The notes beneath the pieces were generated by a model. It ran no database searches. It was not told the origin of the DNA and was given only the letters and a program-made list of their open reading frames with translations. Position numbers and translations under genes: made by a program. Positions 39,471 through 49,910 of a DNA stretch of 64,000 bases are shown here, one piece after another. The stretch lies in the sequence record SRR22947727_4895, one strand, 5' to 3'. Numbering within the stretch: position 1 is the first letter of the stretch; each line of letters starts with the position of its first letter.

Positions 39471-39936
39471 ACCAAATCACCACGACAAGCCCCACAAGCA
39501 AGCTGATTCCAAAGCATCGCACGGGTCCGTCGGCAAAAATAATAGCACCGTTCACAATCATGAAAATCACGAGAACCTGGACAACTCGATTTTGAGTTTT
39601 GCAGACGCCGCCTTCGCGAAAAATTCGCATCGCAAAATCAGCTGCCAGCGCCGCGAAGAACGCAAAATTCACCCACAGTCCAACGCTTGAACTCCAACCA
39701 GTCAAGTCTTCGGTTAGCCGAGCGGTTTCGTCGAGCGCAGTTCGGATACTCCATTCGTAAAACCCGTGGAACGCCGTCACGATATGAATCGCAAAGACAA
39801 TCAAAGCAAACAGCCACCAGCCGTTCGCTATTCGCCTTTTCTGCGGCACGCAATACCGGGTCGCCATCGCGACAACCCAGCCGAACATCGCCGCCCAGAT
39901 TGCGATTTTACTGATGAGTTGCACGGTATTTTCCAT
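39439..39936 (-). CDS. Hypothetical multi-pass membrane protein
   Basis: About five hydrophobic helices; overlaps the GT4 start. Confidence 0.7.
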   Translation of the reverse strand: MENTVQLISKIAIWAAMFGWVVAMATRYCVPQKRRIANGWWLFALIVFAIHIVTAFHGFYEWSIRTALDETARLTEDLTGWSSSVGLWVNFAFFAALAADFAMRIFREGGVCKTQNRVVQVLVIFMIVNGAIIFADGPVRCFGISLLVGLVVVIWYANVQHRKHS

Positions 39937-39947
39937 GGTAAAATTTC

Positions 39948-40045
39948 ACGAACCAACAGGGTTGGTTCGATGAACATACCCTATCTGATCGAAAAGGTGT
40001 TTTGAATGAACAGGGTTGATTTGGCGAATAGCCCCTGTTGCTTCG
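39948..40045. repeat. Double 45-bp repeat, two palindromic copies
   Basis: acgaaccaacagggttggttc-gat-gaacataccctatctgatcga and tgaatgaacagggttgatttggcgaatagccctgttgcttcgt. Confidence 0.88.
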
Positions 40046-40074
40046 TAGGCTTTAAGACACCCCAACCTGACGTT

Positions 40075-42225
40075 TCACGATTTGTGATCACGAATCGCAG
40101 CAAGAAACGGCTCGAGATATCGCTCGGCTTTCACTTCGCCGACGCCGCGAACTTGCATGGCATCGATTTTTGTTTTTGGCTTGAGGCGCGTGAAAAATTC
40201 GAGTGTGGTATTTGCGAAAACAACGTGAGCGGGAACGCCGTATTCTTTGGAAAGTTCGAGTCGGACAATCTTGAGGGATTTGAAAAGAGACTCGTCGAAT
40301 TCGAGTTCGCTCAAATCGAGTTCGGATGGTTTTTTCCCGCTGGATTTTGAAAGCCCCACGGCGAGTTTTTCTGCATCTGGCCAATTGATGCGAAAATTGT
40401 GATCGCCTCGCATCACGTCGCTGCCGCGACGGGTCATCGTCATGAGCGGGTAGGGCGTTTTTCGAATCACGACAAGGCCTGCTTTTTCGAATTCGGTGAG
40501 CAGGGCGAAGACGTAAGCGGAGCCTTCATTTTTCAGCAAGCCGTGGGTGGAAAGCTGATCGAGCCGGGCTTTGAGCACTTCCTGAGATTTGCTGCCGCTG
40601 AGCATTGCCACGATTTTTCCTTTACCAAAAATAGGTTCCCACTCGCCATTTGGAAATTGGCGGGAGGAGCGAGCAACGCCGCTCAAGGCTTTCTGAGTGA
40701 TGAGGAATTCGGGATCGGAGGGGCCTCGTTTGTCCGACACGTTTCCGTTCGCGCAGACGTCGCAGGTTCCACAATTGGAATCACCCGGTTCGCCGAAATA
40801 GGTCAAAATCCAAGCCTGCCGGCAGCACTCGTCATCGTAGCAAAATTCAACCATCGACTCGAGTTTCTCGCGGTCGCGTCGGGATTTTTCGGCTAATTCG
40901 GCAACGTCGAGATCGAGATCTTCGACTTTTAAATTGGGCTGCGTCAGTCGGGTGCCGCGAGCGCGTTTTCCAGGGACATCGTAGCGTTCGAGATAGCCTT
41001 TCCGCGTGAGATGTGACAGCGCGCTGCCCACAGCCATCGTGTTTTTCGAACCAATCACTTCGGACAATTCACGGATCGGAACGACGACTTCGCCATCTTT
41101 GTTGGCGATGTGTTTCAGCGCGCGGTAGGCGTCTGAAATGATGCCGACTCCAGGGTTGTTGCCATCGATGAAAAATTCCTGAGTCCGGGTGTCGGCGTAA
41201 TTGAACAGCAGCTCGCAGACGGCGGGTTCTCCATCACGACCGGCGCGTCCAGCTTCCTGGTAGTAGGCTTCGATGGATCCAGGAACGTCGAAATGGATCA
41301 CGAACCGGACATCGGATCGATCAATTCCCATTCCAAAAGCGTTGGTCGCAACAGCGACGTCGGCTTTGCGATTGATGAATACATTTTGAGCGGATTCACG
41401 TGATTTGTCGTCCAGGCCGCCGTGATAGGCGATGGTTTTGAATCCCATCAGCGCGAGTGAATCAGAGACTTCTTCTACTTTTTTCCGAGTGGCGCAGTAA
41501 ATGATTCCGGTTTTGTGCTCTTTAACAATGGCTTCGATTCGATCGTATTTATCGCGGTGGGAATCGCATTGTTTGACGGTGAGAGCGAGGTTCGGACGTT
41601 CAAACCCTGACACGGCAACATACGGATCGCGCAGTCGCAGGGTTTTAAGAATGTCATCGCGGACGATCGGCGTGGCGGTTGCGGTGAATGCTGCAGTCTG
41701 AGGAAAACCCAGCTTTTCCACGGCTTCGCTGAGCTTCAAATAATCAGGACGAAAATCGTGCCCCCATTGTGAAAGACAGTGGGCTTCATCGACGGCAAAC
41801 AGGGCGATGTCGACTTTTGAAAGCGCGCTCAAAAATGCGTTGCTGCGAAAACGCTCGGGCGCGACGTAAACGAGCTTGAATTTGCCTTCGCGAATGTCGT
41901 CGAGCCGGGCTGATTGCTCGGAGGGAGACAGCGTCGAATTCAAAGCGGTGGCCGGAACTCCCTTTTTCACAAGGCTGTCGACCTGATCCTTCATCAGGGC
42001 GATAAGCGGTGAAACGACGATGGTGAGACCATCCATTACCATGGCTGGAAGCTGAAAGCAGAGGGATTTTCCGCCACCCGTCGGCATGATCGCGAGGGTG
42101 TCTTTTCCGGCTAAAATCGCGGACACGATTGGTTCCTGACCAGACAAAAATTCGCGAAATCCAAAGTGCTTCTCAAGCGACTCTCGGGGATCGTGAATCA
42201 GGGGTAATTCTTCGGTTTCAGGCAT
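40075..42225 (-). CDS. recQ: RecQ family ATP-dependent DNA helicase
   Basis: PTGGGKSLC, DEAHC.SQWGHDFRP, ATNAFGMGID and QEAGRAGRDG motifs; Zn cluster CCR..C..CD.C; RQC and HRDC domains. Confidence 0.95.
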   Translation of the reverse strand: MPETEELPLIHDPRESLEKHFGFREFLSGQEPIVSAILAGKDTLAIMPTGGGKSLCFQLPAMVMDGLTIVVSPLIALMKDQVDSLVKKGVPATALNSTLSPSEQSARLDDIREGKFKLVYVAPERFRSNAFLSALSKVDIALFAVDEAHCLSQWGHDFRPDYLKLSEAVEKLGFPQTAAFTATATPIVRDDILKTLRLRDPYVAVSGFERPNLALTVKQCDSHRDKYDRIEAIVKEHKTGIIYCATRKKVEEVSDSLALMGFKTIAYHGGLDDKSRESAQNVFINRKADVAVATNAFGMGIDRSDVRFVIHFDVPGSIEAYYQEAGRAGRDGEPAVCELLFNYADTRTQEFFIDGNNPGVGIISDAYRALKHIANKDGEVVVPIRELSEVIGSKNTMAVGSALSHLTRKGYLERYDVPGKRARGTRLTQPNLKVEDLDLDVAELAEKSRRDREKLESMVEFCYDDECCRQAWILTYFGEPGDSNCGTCDVCANGNVSDKRGPSDPEFLITQKALSGVARSSRQFPNGEWEPIFGKGKIVAMLSGSKSQEVLKARLDQLSTHGLLKNEGSAYVFALLTEFEKAGLVVIRKTPYPLMTMTRRGSDVMRGDHNFRINWPDAEKLAVGLSKSSGKKPSELDLSELEFDESLFKSLKIVRLELSKEYGVPAHVVFANTTLEFFTRLKPKTKIDAMQVRGVGEVKAERYLEPFLAAIRDHKS

Positions 42226-42278
42226 CGATGTAATGCCAGTTTGCCGCAGAATTTGTGATGTTCAAATGATGAGTTCGC

Positions 42279-43298
42279 TCATTCGTCGTCCTCGAGAGAC
42301 TTATCCACTTCGGCATAGAGAGCTTTGTTTCCCGAGTCCAAATGTTTCTGATTGATGGAATCGAGAGAGCGCCGCGCAGCTTTGATTTTTTTTGCATCGC
42401 GGTAAATCATGGCCCGCTCCAAAAGGTAACCAGAGAGGCGGTTTGTTTTCTGCAAACGGGTTGTCATGCCGCGATGGACAGCGGATAACGCATCCTGATA
42501 ACGTCCGGCTTGCCGGTAAATGCGAGCCAAATCGAGATAGCCCATTCCCTGTCGAAAATGCTCGTTTACGAAGCCATCGGGATCCGCGAACAATTCATCT
42601 TCCGTAAGACAGCCAAACGAAATCAGATTTTTAAATACGCCTGAATTGAAGGGCATCATTTCGTAAATAAACGGATGGCGGAGAAACGCTCGCACTTTGG
42701 GAATTCGAAATTCGGAGTCGACCTCTTTCGCTTCAACTTTTTCGGGATTCAATGCGAATTTGAGGTGTTTGAACAAGCGGTTCACGGATTTCGCGCTTGT
42801 GATGTAACAGGCGCGTCGTTTTTCAGGAAGCGAATACCGCCAACGAGAGGCGCGATCTCCGCGGTCGGTCGTGATGGCGAGGATCATGTGATCTGCCGGG
42901 ATTTCTTCAAGGCCGGCGAGCCTTCCAAAAGCATCGTCGCTGGTATGTCCCGGCATGGTTTCAAATGCCAATAGCCAGGCTTCGTCGGATAGCAGGCCGA
43001 TTTTTAAAGGAGCGGCCTCCCTCGTTTTTAACACGTTGGTCAGAATCGGCTGAAGGGCGTTTTGTCTCCAATCCGGACGAACTTCCTCGCCGTTGATCGC
43101 ATTCCACAACAGAGCAAACTGCGCGGCGTTGCCTCGTTGGATTTCGGCGACAGCCGGTTGGGAGAGTTTGGTGACCTGTTCGAGGAAAACATCCCGTGAT
43201 TCAGCGTCCGCCACTGTTTTCGCTTCTATCGCAAATGCTTCTGCCTGAGAAGTCATCGAAAGCGCCACCTTCAAAACCTGAAAAACTAAAACGTTCAT
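42279..43298 (-). CDS. Hypothetical protein with C-terminal TPR-like helices
   Basis: YLDLARIYRQAGRYQDAL TPR-like repeat; start uncertain. Confidence 0.5.
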   Translation of the reverse strand: MNVLVFQVLKVALSMTSQAEAFAIEAKTVADAESRDVFLEQVTKLSQPAVAEIQRGNAAQFALLWNAINGEEVRPDWRQNALQPILTNVLKTREAAPLKIGLLSDEAWLLAFETMPGHTSDDAFGRLAGLEEIPADHMILAITTDRGDRASRWRYSLPEKRRACYITSAKSVNRLFKHLKFALNPEKVEAKEVDSEFRIPKVRAFLRHPFIYEMMPFNSGVFKNLISFGCLTEDELFADPDGFVNEHFRQGMGYLDLARIYRQAGRYQDALSAVHRGMTTRLQKTNRLSGYLLERAMIYRDAKKIKAARRSLDSINQKHLDSGNKALYAEVDKSLEDDE

Positions 43299-43548
43299 GC
43301 TGGTGGGTTTCTAGCACTCTGCTGAAGGGATGTCGATGTTTTAAAGGGGCTACGGATGAACGATGCGCGGTCGTTTGAGCTTCAAAAAAATGATTTATGT
43401 GATGAATTTCTCCTTGAAAAGCAAAAAATTCTGGACATATCAGTTTATCTAAACAAAAGGGTCGTTTTAACTCGCTTCCGTTGTGGACGCGCTGATGATT
43501 GCGGCCTTTAGTTGCGACCAATTTTTTTTGAAAACCCCTTAGCAATAA

Positions 43549-44499
43549 ATGATCGAAGTCGAAAACCTCAGAAAACAGTTTGGCACGAAGGTGGCCGTCG
43601 ATGGGATTTCTTTCACAGTTAAAAAAGGTGAAGTGCTAGGATTTCTCGGACCCAACGGCGCCGGAAAGTCAACCACGATGCGAATGGTGACCGGTTATCT
43701 TCCTCCGACAGCGGGTGTGATCACAGTTGGTGGAGAGAATATCGAAACGAACGAAATCTCCGCGAAATCAAAAATCGGATATCTGCCCGAGAATGCACCG
43801 CTCTATTCCGACATGACGGTGGAAGGCTTTTTGAAATTCTGCGGCGAAATGCGTGGGATTAGGCCGAAAGATTTAAAGGCTGCGGTCAACAAAGCGATCG
43901 ACACCTGCTTTTTGGATAAGGTTCGTCATCAAAGTGTTGAAACGCTTTCCAAAGGATTTCGTCACCGGACGTGTTTTGCGCAATCGATCATTCACGACCC
44001 TGAAGTGCTGATTTTGGATGAGCCAACTGATGGATTGGATCCGAATCAGAAGCATGAGGTTCGGAATTTGATCAAACGGATGGGCGAAACGAAGGCCATC
44101 ATTTTCTCGACCCACATTTTGGAAGAGGTCGACGCCTCTTGTTCGAGAGCTATCATTATTGATCGAGGAGCGATTATTGCCGACGGCACGCCGGACGAAC
44201 TGAAAAGTCGTTCGAAAAATGCAGGAGCGGTGATGTTGAGAGCGCGAGGGCTCGCTGGTTCGGGAATCGAAGGAGAATTGAATAAGCTTGGTGAAGTGAG
44301 TTCGGTCGAAGTGTTGGATTCCACTGATGACAGCATTCGGGCGCGGATTCGAGCAGCCAAAGGAAAAGCCGATCAGCTTTCCAGCGCGATTTACCAAATG
44401 ACAGAAGGCAAAAAAATCGTGATCGACGAGCTTCGAGTTGAAGAAGGCCGATTGGATGAGCTTTTTCGCGAGATCACAAAATCAGACATGGAAGACTGA
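43549..44499 (+). CDS. ABC transporter ATP-binding protein (GldA-like)
   Basis: GPNGAGKST, LSKG, ILDEPT.GLDP and STH motifs. Confidence 0.93.
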   Translation: MIEVENLRKQFGTKVAVDGISFTVKKGEVLGFLGPNGAGKSTTMRMVTGYLPPTAGVITVGGENIETNEISAKSKIGYLPENAPLYSDMTVEGFLKFCGEMRGIRPKDLKAAVNKAIDTCFLDKVRHQSVETLSKGFRHRTCFAQSIIHDPEVLILDEPTDGLDPNQKHEVRNLIKRMGETKAIIFSTHILEEVDASCSRAIIIDRGAIIADGTPDELKSRSKNAGAVMLRARGLAGSGIEGELNKLGEVSSVEVLDSTDDSIRARIRAAKGKADQLSSAIYQMTEGKKIVIDELRVEEGRLDELFREITKSDMED

Positions 44500-44566
44500 T
44501 CCTTTGTTCCCTGATTCTTCTAAAACCCCACTTTTTTGTTTCGTTAATTAATACCGATTTTTCAGC

Positions 44567-45394
44567 ATGGACGCTTTAATCACTCTGATTCTCCAATACC
44601 TCGTTCCTGCCGCGATCATTGCGGTGGTTTTCTCGCTGGTGCTTTTTTTACTTCCTCGCGAAGTGCGCACGATTTTCAAGCGTGAGCTAAAAGCTTATTT
44701 TACCTCCCCAATTGCCTACGTTCTATTCGTGGTCTTTTTGGGAATCTCGAACGGCCTCGCCTTTTTCTTCTTTAAAGTTCTGGAGAGTGGTGAAGCGGAT
44801 ATTTTCGGTCCGTTTTTCCAATGGCTGCCGTGGTATTTCGTCATCATCATTCCGGCAGTTGGAATGCGGTTGTGGTCGGAAGAGCAGCGACTCGGCACTA
44901 TGGAGTTGGTATTCACTATGCCGATAGCTCCGTGGCAAGCTATTTTCGGAAAATACCTCGCGGCCGCAGTTATCGTTTTCCTGATGCTGGTATTGACCTG
45001 CCCGATTGTGTGGACGGTTAATTATTTGGGAAACCCGGACAACGGAGTGATCTTCTCGGGTTACGTGGCGAGCTTGATGCTGGCACTTAGTTTCCTTGCG
45101 GTTACTTCAGCCGTTTCCGCATTTACCCGCAGTCAGATTGTTGCGTATCTGATCTCGCTGGTTATTGCGCTTGTGATGGTGCTCGGATCCTTTCCTGATG
45201 TGGTCGACCTCACAATGAACATTTCAGGCATAGGCGGATTCCTCGCTGGGCTAATCAATAAAATTGGCGTGTGGCTTCATTTTTCGGAAATGGCGAAAGG
45301 TAATTTTCAGATTCGAGACTTCGTCTTTTTCCTATCAATCATCGGTTTCAGTTTGTTTGCCACTGCTGTGGCCCTGCGCGTGAAGCGTTCCTAA
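44567..45394 (+). CDS. ABC-2 type permease (GldF-like)
   Basis: REL..YF.SPIAY, MRLWSEE.R.GT.E and GKYLAA motifs. Confidence 0.9.
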   Translation: MDALITLILQYLVPAAIIAVVFSLVLFLLPREVRTIFKRELKAYFTSPIAYVLFVVFLGISNGLAFFFFKVLESGEADIFGPFFQWLPWYFVIIIPAVGMRLWSEEQRLGTMELVFTMPIAPWQAIFGKYLAAAVIVFLMLVLTCPIVWTVNYLGNPDNGVIFSGYVASLMLALSFLAVTSAVSAFTRSQIVAYLISLVIALVMVLGSFPDVVDLTMNISGIGGFLAGLINKIGVWLHFSEMAKGNFQIRDFVFFLSIIGFSLFATAVALRVKRS

Positions 45395-45449
45395 CATCGA
45401 ACTAATTTTTCAGATCCTTTTTAATTTCTAAATCCCTTTTTCACAGAAA

Positions 45450-47702
45450 ATGAGCGACTCAAAAGAAAGTGAATCAACTCCCGCCAAGAAACCCAAGGCC
45501 GCCACAAAGTCATCGACTGGTGGCAGCGGAAGCATTGGACGCGGGCTCTCAGCCATCATCGCTATTGCAATTGCCTTGGTAATCGTCGGCCTCGTCAATT
45601 ACGCAGCAAATTCGGTTAGCGTCGGTGCTGACTTGACTGAGAACAAAATGTACACCCTTTCCAAAGGGACTAAAAATATCCTCGAAAATTTGGAGACTCC
45701 GGTGACGCTGCGTTACTTCGTAACTGATAGCAGTGACGTGATGACTCCGCGTGAGAAAGCGCTTTCCCGTCGGATCGAAGACGTTTTGAGCACCTACGCG
45801 AGTGCTGCTCCCGCAAAAGAAATCGAAGTCGTGAATGAAAAGAGCGGCGCGTTAGAAAAAAAGAAGGTGAAGATGATTTCGATCGAGAAATTGAATCCTG
45901 AGCCGAGCACGGATGCGGAAGACGCAGCACGTCTTGAGGGCCTGCAGCAAGTCCAATCTCCCGAAACCGGCAATCAGCTTTATGCCGGAGTAGTTGCGCA
46001 GTGCATTGATTCGAAAGAAAAAATCGAAGTGATGACTTTCGGGGAAGAGCGGCTCGAGTATGAGTTGTCTCGTGCGATATCAAATGTTCACGGGGGCAAA
46101 AGTAAAACGATCCGCGTCATGTCGAGCGTGCCTGTGAGCGGAGGAATGGGGGGGAACTTCCAAGCGCCGCCGCGTCCAGCATTGGCTTTTTATCAGCAGC
46201 TGGAAAAAGACTACAACGTCGAGACGATTCCGGTTTCAGGGGATCCTATTCCAGATGACACCGAGGTTCTCGTCGTGGTTCACCCATTTGACGTCACGGA
46301 CGAAGCCGAGTTCGCGATCGATCAATTCGTTTTGAAAGGCGGGAAAGTGATCGCTCTCGTCGATCCTAATTTTTTCTACGCCGAGACATTCGGCCAGCCT
46401 GGACAGTTTCCTGGAATGCCCGCTCAAGGTGCTCCCGGACCGGCGTCGCACCTAAATACGCTCTTCAAAGCATGGGGCGTGGAATACAGTTCAACTGAAG
46501 TGTTGGCTGATTTCAGCTTTGGTACTCAACTGGGCGGACCGGGGAATTTCGTTCCGACTCTATTGAGCCTGCCGCGCAATGCGATGGTTTCTGAAGCTCA
46601 GGCAGTAGTTGAATCTCTGGGGCCTGAGGCGATGGCAGAAATCAAATCTCAAGTGGCCGCGATGAAAGCAGCCATGGATAAACGCGTTGCTGAAACGGGT
46701 GCTGACACAGCTGAAGTCAAGGCGATGCAGGCTGAAATCGAGCAATACGAAACGATGTTGGCGGATGTAGACAATGGAGACAAAGACAGCGTCGCTTCCA
46801 AAATCACGGTTGGTATCAATGGGCTTACAATGCTAACTCCTGGAGGATTTGAGTTCGGTAAATTGGCTGAAGGCCTTACCGCAACTGCGTTGGTTCAGTC
46901 TTCGCCAAACAATCAACTGGTTCCATCGATGGAGGCTGACCCCCGCCAGCAAGAGGCGATGAAAGCGCTCCGCGATAAATTCAAGCCTTATGAAAAACGT
47001 CGCGCTTTTGTTTTACAGCTTGGCGGGCTTTTCAAAACAGCTTTTCCCGACGGTGATCCTTCGGCTCCGAAAGAAGAGGAAAAAGCTGACGATGCAGAAG
47101 CAAAAGACGGCGAAAAGAAAGCCGACGAGCCGAAAGAGCCTGCGAAGCCAGAAGCTCTCACATCGAGTCAGAAACCGGGAACCGTTGTTTTGGTGGCTGA
47201 CGTTGATTTCATTTTTTACGAAGGTTTTCAGCAGCTTGGTTTGCGAAACCAGAACCTGACGCTTTTCCAGAATACGGTTGAGGTTATTTCCGGTGATCCA
47301 AATCTTGTTGATGTTCGAAGCCGCGAAAATGTCGGACGCCGTTTCACAAAGCCAAACGAGTGGATGGCCGAGGCACGTTCCAAGTATCAGGCTGAAATCG
47401 AAGAGATGAGCAAAAAGGAGCAAGGCGTGATGCGCGATCTCACGGAACTGATTCAGAAACGCCCTGACGGAACGAGTGAAGTCGTGATCGGTGCCGACAT
47501 GCAGGAGAAGTTTGCCAAACTTGAAGAAGACCAAATTCGTTTCAACAAGCGGGTTCGTGAGTTGGAAAAAGAAGTGAACCGCGAATACAAGAGCAAGCTA
47601 GCCAGTTACAAATTTGGAAACGCGATGTTCATGCCTCTTTTGGTCATCTTCGTTGGCATCTGTTTCGCCTTCGCGCGTCGTCTCAAAACAGCGGCCCGCT
47701 AA
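45450..47702 (+). CDS. GldG-family ABC auxiliary protein
   Basis: DLTENKMYTLS.GT..IL, EYE..RAI and IDQFVL.GG motifs; N- and C-terminal TM helices. Confidence 0.88.
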   Translation: MSDSKESESTPAKKPKAATKSSTGGSGSIGRGLSAIIAIAIALVIVGLVNYAANSVSVGADLTENKMYTLSKGTKNILENLETPVTLRYFVTDSSDVMTPREKALSRRIEDVLSTYASAAPAKEIEVVNEKSGALEKKKVKMISIEKLNPEPSTDAEDAARLEGLQQVQSPETGNQLYAGVVAQCIDSKEKIEVMTFGEERLEYELSRAISNVHGGKSKTIRVMSSVPVSGGMGGNFQAPPRPALAFYQQLEKDYNVETIPVSGDPIPDDTEVLVVVHPFDVTDEAEFAIDQFVLKGGKVIALVDPNFFYAETFGQPGQFPGMPAQGAPGPASHLNTLFKAWGVEYSSTEVLADFSFGTQLGGPGNFVPTLLSLPRNAMVSEAQAVVESLGPEAMAEIKSQVAAMKAAMDKRVAETGADTAEVKAMQAEIEQYETMLADVDNGDKDSVASKITVGINGLTMLTPGGFEFGKLAEGLTATALVQSSPNNQLVPSMEADPRQQEAMKALRDKFKPYEKRRAFVLQLGGLFKTAFPDGDPSAPKEEEKADDAEAKDGEKKADEPKEPAKPEALTSSQKPGTVVLVADVDFIFYEGFQQLGLRNQNLTLFQNTVEVISGDPNLVDVRSRENVGRRFTKPNEWMAEARSKYQAEIEEMSKKEQGVMRDLTELIQKRPDGTSEVVIGADMQEKFAKLEEDQIRFNKRVRELEKEVNREYKSKLASYKFGNAMFMPLLVIFVGICFAFARRLKTAAR

Positions 47703-47746
47703 TTAACTAACGTTTTTCTACATTCTAAAAACCAGTTTTAAAAGTC

Positions 47747-48988
47747 ATGGGAACAAAAGGATTGATTCGACTTCTAATTGTACTCGCCATCGCGGGTGTC
47801 ATCGCAGTAATCGCAAAATTCGCCGGCTCGGATACGGGCGTCTCAACCGTTGAGTCGAAGACGACAAATCAGCGGACCAAAGTGTTTGCCGATTTTCCGA
47901 TCAATGACGTGGCGGCTGTGAAGATTCAGTCGAAAGACGAAGCGCTAAACATATTGAAAAAAGACGGCCAGTGGGTCATCAATGAGCGCGAAGATTTTCC
48001 AGCACAGGAAGATCGTGTGTTGGATTTACTGAAGCAAATGTGGTCGGTGAAAATCACTCAGGTGGTCCCAAATGGTGCAGCGCATTTGGCTCGTTTGGAA
48101 CTCAGCGATCCTGCATCAGGAAAAGAGGGTGAAACGGCCACGGTTCTGACTTTCAGTGACGCTGAAGGCAAAGAGCTGACATCAATTGCGCTCGGAAAAA
48201 TCCAGGTAACAACCAGTTCGCAGCCAAATCCATACACGGGCGGAGCTTCGACAACCGATGCCGGGCGTTATGTGAAGCCAGGTGGTAAAAACTCAGTGTA
48301 TCTTGTCGACACACCTTTCAAAGAAGCGGCGGGAGTTGATCCGACTGAGTGGATCACGAGAGACTTTTTCAAGGTGGAGCGTCATGAGTCAGTGGCTCTC
48401 GATACAGGAAATCCAAAAGAGGATTGGAAGTTGGAGCGGGGAGATCTGCCGAAGCCTTTTGATCTTGTGGACGCTAAAAAAGGCGAGAACCTCGATACCG
48501 CCAAGATTTCGACAATCAAAAGCGCATTCGTCTCACCGACGTTCACTGACATTTACGTTGGCGACGAGAAACCAAAAACCGATGCAGCGACTTTGACGCT
48601 TACGAGTTTCGACAAACTCACCTATACCGTTTCCGTCGGTGAAAAAGACGAAGAAAACAATCGTCCGCTGGCATTCACTGTAAAAGGAGATTTTTCTGAG
48701 AAGCGGGAAGTAGGCGAGGAAGAGTCAGAGGATGATAAAAAATCACTCGATGCCCGGTTTGAAAAATTAACGACAGAGAGGAAAGAAAAGCTCGCCCAAG
48801 AGCAGGCGCTTTCCAAAGGGCGCGTTTTTAAAGTGCGGAGCTCAATCATAGATCCGTATCTCACAAAACGAGCAGATCTACTGATCCCACCACCAGAGCC
48901 GGAGACGCCTCCAGGCGTTGATATTCCGGGAATCAAGCCACCTCCAGTACCTCCAGCGGCTGTGCCCGGTGCACCGGTGGGGCAGTAA
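47747..48988 (+). CDS. DUF4340 domain protein
   Basis: N-terminal TM, L.K.DG.W......FPA and RYV......VYLV motifs; usual fourth gene of GldAFG-like clusters. Confidence 0.8.
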   Translation: MGTKGLIRLLIVLAIAGVIAVIAKFAGSDTGVSTVESKTTNQRTKVFADFPINDVAAVKIQSKDEALNILKKDGQWVINEREDFPAQEDRVLDLLKQMWSVKITQVVPNGAAHLARLELSDPASGKEGETATVLTFSDAEGKELTSIALGKIQVTTSSQPNPYTGGASTTDAGRYVKPGGKNSVYLVDTPFKEAAGVDPTEWITRDFFKVERHESVALDTGNPKEDWKLERGDLPKPFDLVDAKKGENLDTAKISTIKSAFVSPTFTDIYVGDEKPKTDAATLTLTSFDKLTYTVSVGEKDEENNRPLAFTVKGDFSEKREVGEEESEDDKKSLDARFEKLTTERKEKLAQEQALSKGRVFKVRSSIIDPYLTKRADLLIPPPEPETPPGVDIPGIKPPPVPPAAVPGAPVGQ

Positions 48989-48991
48989 TTT

Positions 48992-49036
48992 TCGATCTAA
49001 CAGGGTATGTTCGATGATCCAACTCTATTGGATCGT
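48992..49036. repeat. 45-bp modular repeat, palindromic, overlapping the GT2 stop codon
   Basis: tcgatctaacagggtatgttc-gat-gatccaactctattggatcgt. Confidence 0.85.
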
Positions 49037-49810
49037 TGAAAACCATTTGGTGGCCTGCTTTGCGGCGATGCGACTTTTTTCGTGAAGCGCGGATTGGAGG
49101 GCTTTGAATTGGGCTTCGTTGGCGACTCCGTTTTCTAAAATACTGAGTAGCGCGAGGACGCGCCAGCGATCGATCCCGCCCTTGACGTTTCCGGTGAGTT
49201 GGTCGGGGTGGCCTCCGTATTTTGCGACTAAATCCTCGCCTTCGATCAGGCCGATGCCTTCATACATTGCGATTCGCATCCACAGCTCGTAGTCTTCGCA
49301 AATACGGAAAAATTCGTCGAAGCCGCGCGTTTCTTCCCACAAATCGCGTTGGATCATCACGGCGCTGGGGCTGATGCAGCAGCGTTTGGTGCACTCTTCG
49401 AAAATGTCGCCGGCGGGTTGCGCGAGGTGTCTGGGCTTGCGGGCGTGGTTGCCGTTTCGAATCCAAATTTCTTCGCACTGTGAAATGCGAAGGTCGGGAT
49501 GGGCGTTGTGAAATTTGAGTTGGCGGGCGAGTTTTTCGGGGAACCAGCGATCGTCGGAATCGAGAAAGGCGATCCATTTCCCGGCTCCAGTGGCGGCTCC
49601 TCGATTTCGGGAAGCGGCTGGGCCCAGATTTTCGTCGTTCCGCAACCAGATGATTTTTTGTGAAAAATCGGCTGAATTGAGTTCGGACGCATCATCAACA
49701 ACGATCAGCTCAAAATCCCGAAACGTTTGTTCGAAAACGGATTCGATGGCTCGCGCCAGCATTTCAGGTCGATCAAATGCCGGAATCACGATGGAAACGA
49801 GCGGTGTCAT
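49025..49810 (-). CDS. Glycosyltransferase family 2 (GT-A)
   Basis: VSIVIP, VVDDAS, RNRG, FLDSDD and EDYELW motifs. Confidence 0.9.
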   Translation of the reverse strand: MTPLVSIVIPAFDRPEMLARAIESVFEQTFRDFELIVVDDASELNSADFSQKIIWLRNDENLGPAASRNRGAATGAGKWIAFLDSDDRWFPEKLARQLKFHNAHPDLRISQCEEIWIRNGNHARKPRHLAQPAGDIFEECTKRCCISPSAVMIQRDLWEETRGFDEFFRICEDYELWMRIAMYEGIGLIEGEDLVAKYGGHPDQLTGNVKGGIDRWRVLALLSILENGVANEAQFKALQSALHEKSRIAAKQATKWFSTIQ

Positions 49811-49910
49811 AACATCACTTCAATTAATGTTTGGCTCGTTGTTATCAATGGCATCAATTCGGTAATTTGAGGTAAGCTGCCTCAGACTTCAACCAAAGGA
49901 GCGCATTATC

